A stretch of DNA of 20,000 nt. It comes from an uncultured virus (IMG/VR IMGVR_UViG_3300030109_002585). Taxonomy: Duplodnaviria > Heunggongvirae > Uroviricota > Caudoviricetes. The stretch lies in IMG/VR virus record IMGVR_UViG_3300030109_002585; one strand, written 5' to 3'. The translations under genes were made by a program, and so were the position numbers. Positions 16,196-20,000 of this stretch are shown piece after piece. Numbering within the stretch: position 1 is the first letter of the stretch; each line of letters starts with the position of its first letter. A model generated the notes under the pieces. It worked only from the letters and a program-made list of their open reading frames with translations, was not told the DNA's origin and searched no databases.

Positions 16196-17554
16196 ATGGT
16201 AAATCCTACTACTGAAGAATTGGAAGAAGCCGAAGAAATCATGGGTAATATAGTTCAAATATCACAGGAAGAGGATGCAGAAACGAATAAGTTAGAAGAG
16301 TTAGGTATTAAGTTAAAGGGAATAAATGACTATGTTATGTCTGATTATGAAGCAATAACTAACTTATCCAAGAATCTAAACATTAATGCGAGTGATGCTA
16401 GAAAGCAATTAAATACATTCCCTTCAGAATATATTGTTGATGGTCAGAATATTCCAGACTTAGTGAGAAAGATGCGTAAAGCAAGAAGAAAACTAAAAGG
16501 CGATTCTAGAATGAGAATGGCTAAAACTATTGATACAGTTATTGAGGGATATGCAGACCATATAAACAAATGTATTGATTCTATTTATTGGATAACTCCT
16601 TACAAAATTCCACTACTTAAAATGAGATTTAATGAGAAAGATTTATCCAAATTAAATAAGATAACTGATGTTAAAAAGAGAAGAGATGTAGTTGATTCTC
16701 TTTGTAAGTTATGGGAAATTGATTTAAAAAAGACAGGAATGGTATATGGCACTGATTATGCTAAATTGGAAAAAGAATCTAGAATAGCAAAGAAAGAGTT
16801 TAGAAAAGAATTGAAAGATATTTCTGACCAATCATTAATTAAATCAAAGAAAGAAAAGTCATTAGACTTCATTTTAAAGGCAATATGCGAAAATCCCGGA
16901 ATTGGAATAGGAAAGATTCATGACTTAATGCCAAGTAATTTACATAAAGCAAATTCAACTAATACTATTTCTAAAATGGTTAAAAAACTAGAAGTAAGTA
17001 ATATAAATGGTTCTTATTATAAAATGCCTAATGAATTAAAAAAGAATGTTTGGGCTTATACTGCGGCATTTATTGATTCAGACGGCTATATTACTATGGA
17101 TAGAAACCATAACCCAAGAGTGGGATTGGTAGCAACAGGAGAAAGAGGGAAGGCATTCATGAATGAAATGCACAAATCTATTGGTTTCGGTAAGTTACAT
17201 CTAGACCAAAAATCCCCTCAAGATACACGGCCTGTTAATCGTCTAAACTTTTATTCACAAGCAGATGTAGTCAATCTATTGACTAAGTGCTTACCGCATT
17301 TCAGACTAAAGAAGGGTAATGCTGAATTATTATTAGAATTAATTCGTATGAAAAAGTCGTACAAGAAGGCTGATTGGTATAAGGGTCGTTGTGAAGAAAT
17401 ATTCAAGTTAATGAAGTGGGAGAATCACAAAGACCATGTAGGTTTTGATTTCCATAAAGAAGGAATATATTTAGATGATATTACTAAATTACAGGGTAAC
17501 TGTAAGATGTCTGTTATGGATGAGTTAGAAGGTATTGGAGGTATGATAGTATGA
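16196..17554 (+). CDS. Helical N-terminus + winged-HTH-like domain + single LAGLIDADG domain protein
   Basis: YTAAFIDSDGYI motif near 17057-17092 with downstream LLTKCLPHFRLKK. HTH-like ILKAICENPGIGIGKIHD...TISKMVKKL. AGGTGA RBS favours ATG 16196. Confidence 0.8.
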   Translation: MVNPTTEELEEAEEIMGNIVQISQEEDAETNKLEELGIKLKGINDYVMSDYEAITNLSKNLNINASDARKQLNTFPSEYIVDGQNIPDLVRKMRKARRKLKGDSRMRMAKTIDTVIEGYADHINKCIDSIYWITPYKIPLLKMRFNEKDLSKLNKITDVKKRRDVVDSLCKLWEIDLKKTGMVYGTDYAKLEKESRIAKKEFRKELKDISDQSLIKSKKEKSLDFILKAICENPGIGIGKIHDLMPSNLHKANSTNTISKMVKKLEVSNINGSYYKMPNELKKNVWAYTAAFIDSDGYITMDRNHNPRVGLVATGERGKAFMNEMHKSIGFGKLHLDQKSPQDTRPVNRLNFYSQADVVNLLTKCLPHFRLKKGNAELLLELIRMKKSYKKADWYKGRCEEIFKLMKWENHKDHVGFDFHKEGIYLDDITKLQGNCKMSVMDELEGIGGMIV

Positions 17555-17802
17555 GTTGGGAAGATATTATTCACAAGAAAGGAAAAGCCCGAAGAAAGGC
17601 CGGTTCTAAAAAAGCAAAGAAGAAGAAGAAGAAGTATAAAGCACCGAAGGGAGTTTATACTAAACCTAAATTAAGAGAAAGTATTCACGCCACTTTACTT
17701 GCTGAAAATACTCATGGAACCGCCGCCGATGAGTGGTCGGGGCGCAAATCTCAAGAATTGAATAGAAGATATAGAAAGAGAGGTGGGGGCTTTGTCAATT
17801 AA
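17551..17802 (+). CDS. W-tag highly basic protein (YTKPKLR...WSGRKSQ...YRKRGGGF; DUF5872-like N-half)
   Basis: ORF with GGAGGTATGA RBS. Family name recalled and unverified. Confidence 0.75.
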   Translation: MSWEDIIHKKGKARRKAGSKKAKKKKKKYKAPKGVYTKPKLRESIHATLLAENTHGTAADEWSGRKSQELNRRYRKRGGGFVN

Positions 17803-18058
17803 TTGGTTTTCTATTCTTAAAAAGAAAAACCTAACTGAAAAACAAAAGGACATGGTTGAATGGAGTGAAGAAGATTGGCAACCTTTAGGTGATGGAGAGG
17901 ATGATAGGTATGCTCCTAAAGCCGTAAAAGATTCTCTTACTTCTGAGCAAAGGGCATACGAGAATAAAAAGAAAAAAGAAGGTAAGAAGCAAGGAAAGCA
18001 ACATGTTAAGCGAGGAAAAACTGCAAAAAAAGTTTATGCTCGCATTGAAGGCAGGTAA
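17792..18058 (+). CDS. W-tag basic protein (WSEEDW...RYAPKA...GKQHV; DUF5872-like C-half)
   Basis: ORF 17783..18058. TTG 17792 after GAGGTG gives MSINWFSILKK. Confidence 0.75.
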   Translation: MSINWFSILKKKNLTEKQKDMVEWSEEDWQPLGDGEDDRYAPKAVKDSLTSEQRAYENKKKKEGKKQGKQHVKRGKTAKKVYARIEGR

Positions 18059-18062
18059 TATT

Positions 18063-18485
18063 ATGAATTGGAAAGAAACACTAAAGGCCCACTGCGGCAC
18101 AGAGAAAAAATTAGAAGACGATGACCCATTTGAAAAACTAGTCGGTAATCAAGATAGAATAGATGCCGATGGTGATGGTGAAATCACAGGAAATGATTTT
18201 AAGATTCTAGGAAGAAAGTCTAAAGTAAAGAAATCAAGAGACATGAAGCAAGTTCCTCTATCTAATGATAAGACCTATCCACAGAATATTAGAATATTTG
18301 AAGCCACTTTGAAAAAGGAAGGTGGTGCGGCTGGTATTAAGAATCTAGTTGATGCAAGCAAACTATCAGAAAAAGAAGTGAAGGCTGTTCTTGATATAAT
18401 GAAGAACATAAGGATTCACAAGTATGGAGACATTATTCTAATGGATGGATTACCTAAAGGAAAAGGGAGAGGGTTCACTGCATGA
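18063..18485 (+). CDS. W-tag protein with an EF-hand-like loop and a wHTH-like C-terminal domain
   Basis: Start moved to MNWKETLK. DADGDGEITGND fits the 12-residue EF-hand loop. Confidence 0.75.
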   Translation: MNWKETLKAHCGTEKKLEDDDPFEKLVGNQDRIDADGDGEITGNDFKILGRKSKVKKSRDMKQVPLSNDKTYPQNIRIFEATLKKEGGAAGIKNLVDASKLSEKEVKAVLDIMKNIRIHKYGDIILMDGLPKGKGRGFTA

Positions 18486-18889
18486 GTTGGCATATTATTC
18501 TAAAGAAACTTGTGTGTCCTACGGCAACACAAGACCTGAAACTCAACACTAAAAATAGAGATAGGGCAGTAAAAGAAAAACATATTCAATATGGCCCTCT
18601 CAATCTAAACGATGAAAAGTATTGGGAAGAATATGCTAAGAAGTGGAATACTACTGCTGATGTGGCTAAGAAATCTAATTGTAGTAATTGTGTTGCATTT
18701 GACATATCTCCAAGAATGGATGACTGTATGCCACTAAATACAGACGAAGATGGCCGACTAGGTTATTGTTGGATGCACGATTTCAAATGTCATTCTGCAA
18801 GAACCTGTTATACTTGGGCTAAAGGTGGACCTATTGATGACGATAAGACTTCTAAAGAAAACCAAATGAGAGGTGAAAAAGATGCCTAA
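18482..18889 (+). CDS. W-tag Cys-rich metal-binding protein (HiPIP-like Cys spacing)
   Basis: CSNCVAF...GYCWMHDFKCHSARTCYTW. Confidence 0.75.
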   Translation: MSWHIILKKLVCPTATQDLKLNTKNRDRAVKEKHIQYGPLNLNDEKYWEEYAKKWNTTADVAKKSNCSNCVAFDISPRMDDCMPLNTDEDGRLGYCWMHDFKCHSARTCYTWAKGGPIDDDKTSKENQMRGEKDA

Positions 18890-19166
18890 TTGGGAAGATG
18901 TTCTAAAGAAAAAACCTTTCAAGGGTTATAATAAAAAGATTCACGCAAAGACCGGAGGATTAAGTGCTAAAGGTCGTGCTAAGTTTAAGCGTGAAACAGG
19001 TGCTAATCTTAAAGCCCCTGTTACTACTAAACCAAGTAAATTGAAGCGTGGTAGTAAAGCCGCTAAAAGACGCAAATCTTTTTGTGCGAGGTCAAGAGGA
19101 TTTAAGCGTGATGATGGGACATACAGTGAAAAAGCAAAAGCCGCAAGAAGAAGGTGGAATTGTTAA
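18882..19166 (+). CDS. W-tag basic protein (GGLSAKGR...RRKSFCAR...RRWNC; DUF6321-like)
   Basis: Start moved to MPNWEDVLKK after GAGGTGA. Motif resembles a common phage family; the name is recalled. Confidence 0.8.
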   Translation: MPNWEDVLKKKPFKGYNKKIHAKTGGLSAKGRAKFKRETGANLKAPVTTKPSKLKRGSKAAKRRKSFCARSRGFKRDDGTYSEKAKAARRRWNC

Positions 19167-19633
19167 TGTGGAGAGATTTGCTAAAGGCTGATTTTGTTGT
19201 TAAAACAAATTACCCCGAAGCGGATTTTTGGCTACAAAAAAGAGGCTCTGAACAGAATGTTGGAAAGCCTATGCGAAAGTTTAGCAAGATACAAGGTCAA
19301 TATAACATAGGAATTAAGGTTCCCGAAGGAATGAATAAGGAATATGTGTATGCACAATTGGCGAGATTGTTTAGAAAAGGATATTGGCAAATACATTCTT
19401 ATGGTTCCCTTAATTTACAACATATTAGAGTTGATGATGTTAAGAAGATTTTAGAATCGTTTGAAGATAAAGCAGACTACAAAGATGTTACATCAGATAA
19501 AATAGAAAAGATATATGATAATTGGTTAAAAAGGTCTAGAGAAATCAGTAAGATATTAATGTCAAGTAACTCTCTAATTAGAGAAGGTCGAGAAATTAAA
19601 AGGTTCTTACAGAAAATGGAGGACATGAGATGA
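19166..19633 (+). CDS. W-tag protein resembling a stand-alone type I RM HsdS target-recognition-domain fragment
   Basis: TAATG overlap gives MWRDLLK. KEYVYAQL...SYGSLNLQHIRVDDVKKI resembles the TRD C-terminal pattern. Confidence 0.6.
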   Translation: MWRDLLKADFVVKTNYPEADFWLQKRGSEQNVGKPMRKFSKIQGQYNIGIKVPEGMNKEYVYAQLARLFRKGYWQIHSYGSLNLQHIRVDDVKKILESFEDKADYKDVTSDKIEKIYDNWLKRSREISKILMSSNSLIREGREIKRFLQKMEDMR

Positions 19634-19785
19634 AGCCTAATGAAGAGTGGGACTATTGCGGCAAATGCTATACCATCGGCTTCGGGACTTATCCCTTTGG
19701 TTATTGCCGAGAATGTTGGGTCAAGGCAGGTAGGCCCAAAGCCATGAAAGCATCTATAAGAGAGTCCAAACCTACTGAAAACTAG
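19630..19785 (+). CDS. 51-aa zinc-finger microprotein (CGKC...CREC)
   Basis: Translated by hand: MKPNEEWDYCGKCYTIGFGTYPFGYCRECWVKAGRPKAMKASIRESKPTEN. GGAGG RBS and ATGA overlap. Confidence 0.75.
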   Translation: MKPNEEWDYCGKCYTIGFGTYPFGYCRECWVKAGRPKAMKASIRESKPTEN

Positions 19786-19796
19786 GGGTGTAGTTT

Positions 19797-20000
19797 ATGG
19801 CTGATGATAAGAGGCGATTCTCATTTAGAAAGTTATTTCGGCGTTCAACGCCTAAACCTGCCGATAGGCAGATATTCAACATGGGTATTCAGGAAAGACA
19901 GAATAACTACATGATGACAGCACCTATCATTTATTCTATGGTTCAACAATCAGTTATTGTTAGAACCTGTATTACTCAATTAAAACAAGAAGTGTATAGA
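19797..20000 (+). CDS. Probable portal protein, 5' part
   Basis: GGGGTG RBS, open to the window end (MADDKRRFSFRKLFRRSTPKP...IIYSMVQQSVIVRTCITQLKQEVYR). The helix resembles portal N-termini and the gene lies downstream of terL. Confidence 0.65.
   Translation, partial: MADDKRRFSFRKLFRRSTPKPADRQIFNMGIQERQNNYMMTAPIIYSMVQQSVIVRTCITQLKQEVYR

Noticed and set aside
14755..17554. Intein or intron in terL linked to the LAGLIDADG ORF
   Set aside because: TerL is continuous at 476 aa with all motifs. The LAGLIDADG ORF is separate, has its own RBS and shows no splicing motifs.
4219..18100. Minus-strand ORFs within the late operon (4219, 5216, 6130, 6394, 7015, 10174, 10954, 11745, 12645, 13488, 13755, 15933, 17885)
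   Set aside because: S/F/L-rich antisense shadows of K/E-rich, tightly coupled plus-strand genes.
1..20000. tRNA, rRNA, integrase or transposase genes; alternative genetic code
   Set aside because: None recognised. Long ORFs are intact and abut normally under the standard code.

Overview
This AT-rich window looks like part of a tailed archaeal virus genome. Evidence: GGTGA/GGAGG ribosome-binding sites, TATA-like promoters, T-tract terminators, a terminase large subunit and the start of a probable portal gene. Affiliation with marine Poseidoniales viruses (Magrovirus-like) is my recollection-based inference, not a search result. Zone 1 (1-~3720) is a putative early region of short, mostly minus-strand transcription units. 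These are separated by 6-7 copies of a symmetric element: a CAAAG-loop hairpin, the palindrome ACCATATGGT, then a CTTTG-loop hairpin, with stems that differ in sequence but keep pairing. The zone also holds a ~460-nt candidate ncRNA and several RNA-structure oddities. Zone 2 (~3800-20000) is a dense plus-strand late/packaging operon: TerS candidate, two large orphans, a GNAT-like protein, TerL, an HTH-LAGLIDADG protein and the portal 5' end. In it, 16 otherwise unrelated small proteins start with the same peptide, M-[STND]-W-x-[DE]-[ILV]-[ILM]-K, a candidate capsid-targeting tag. All family assignments are by eye.
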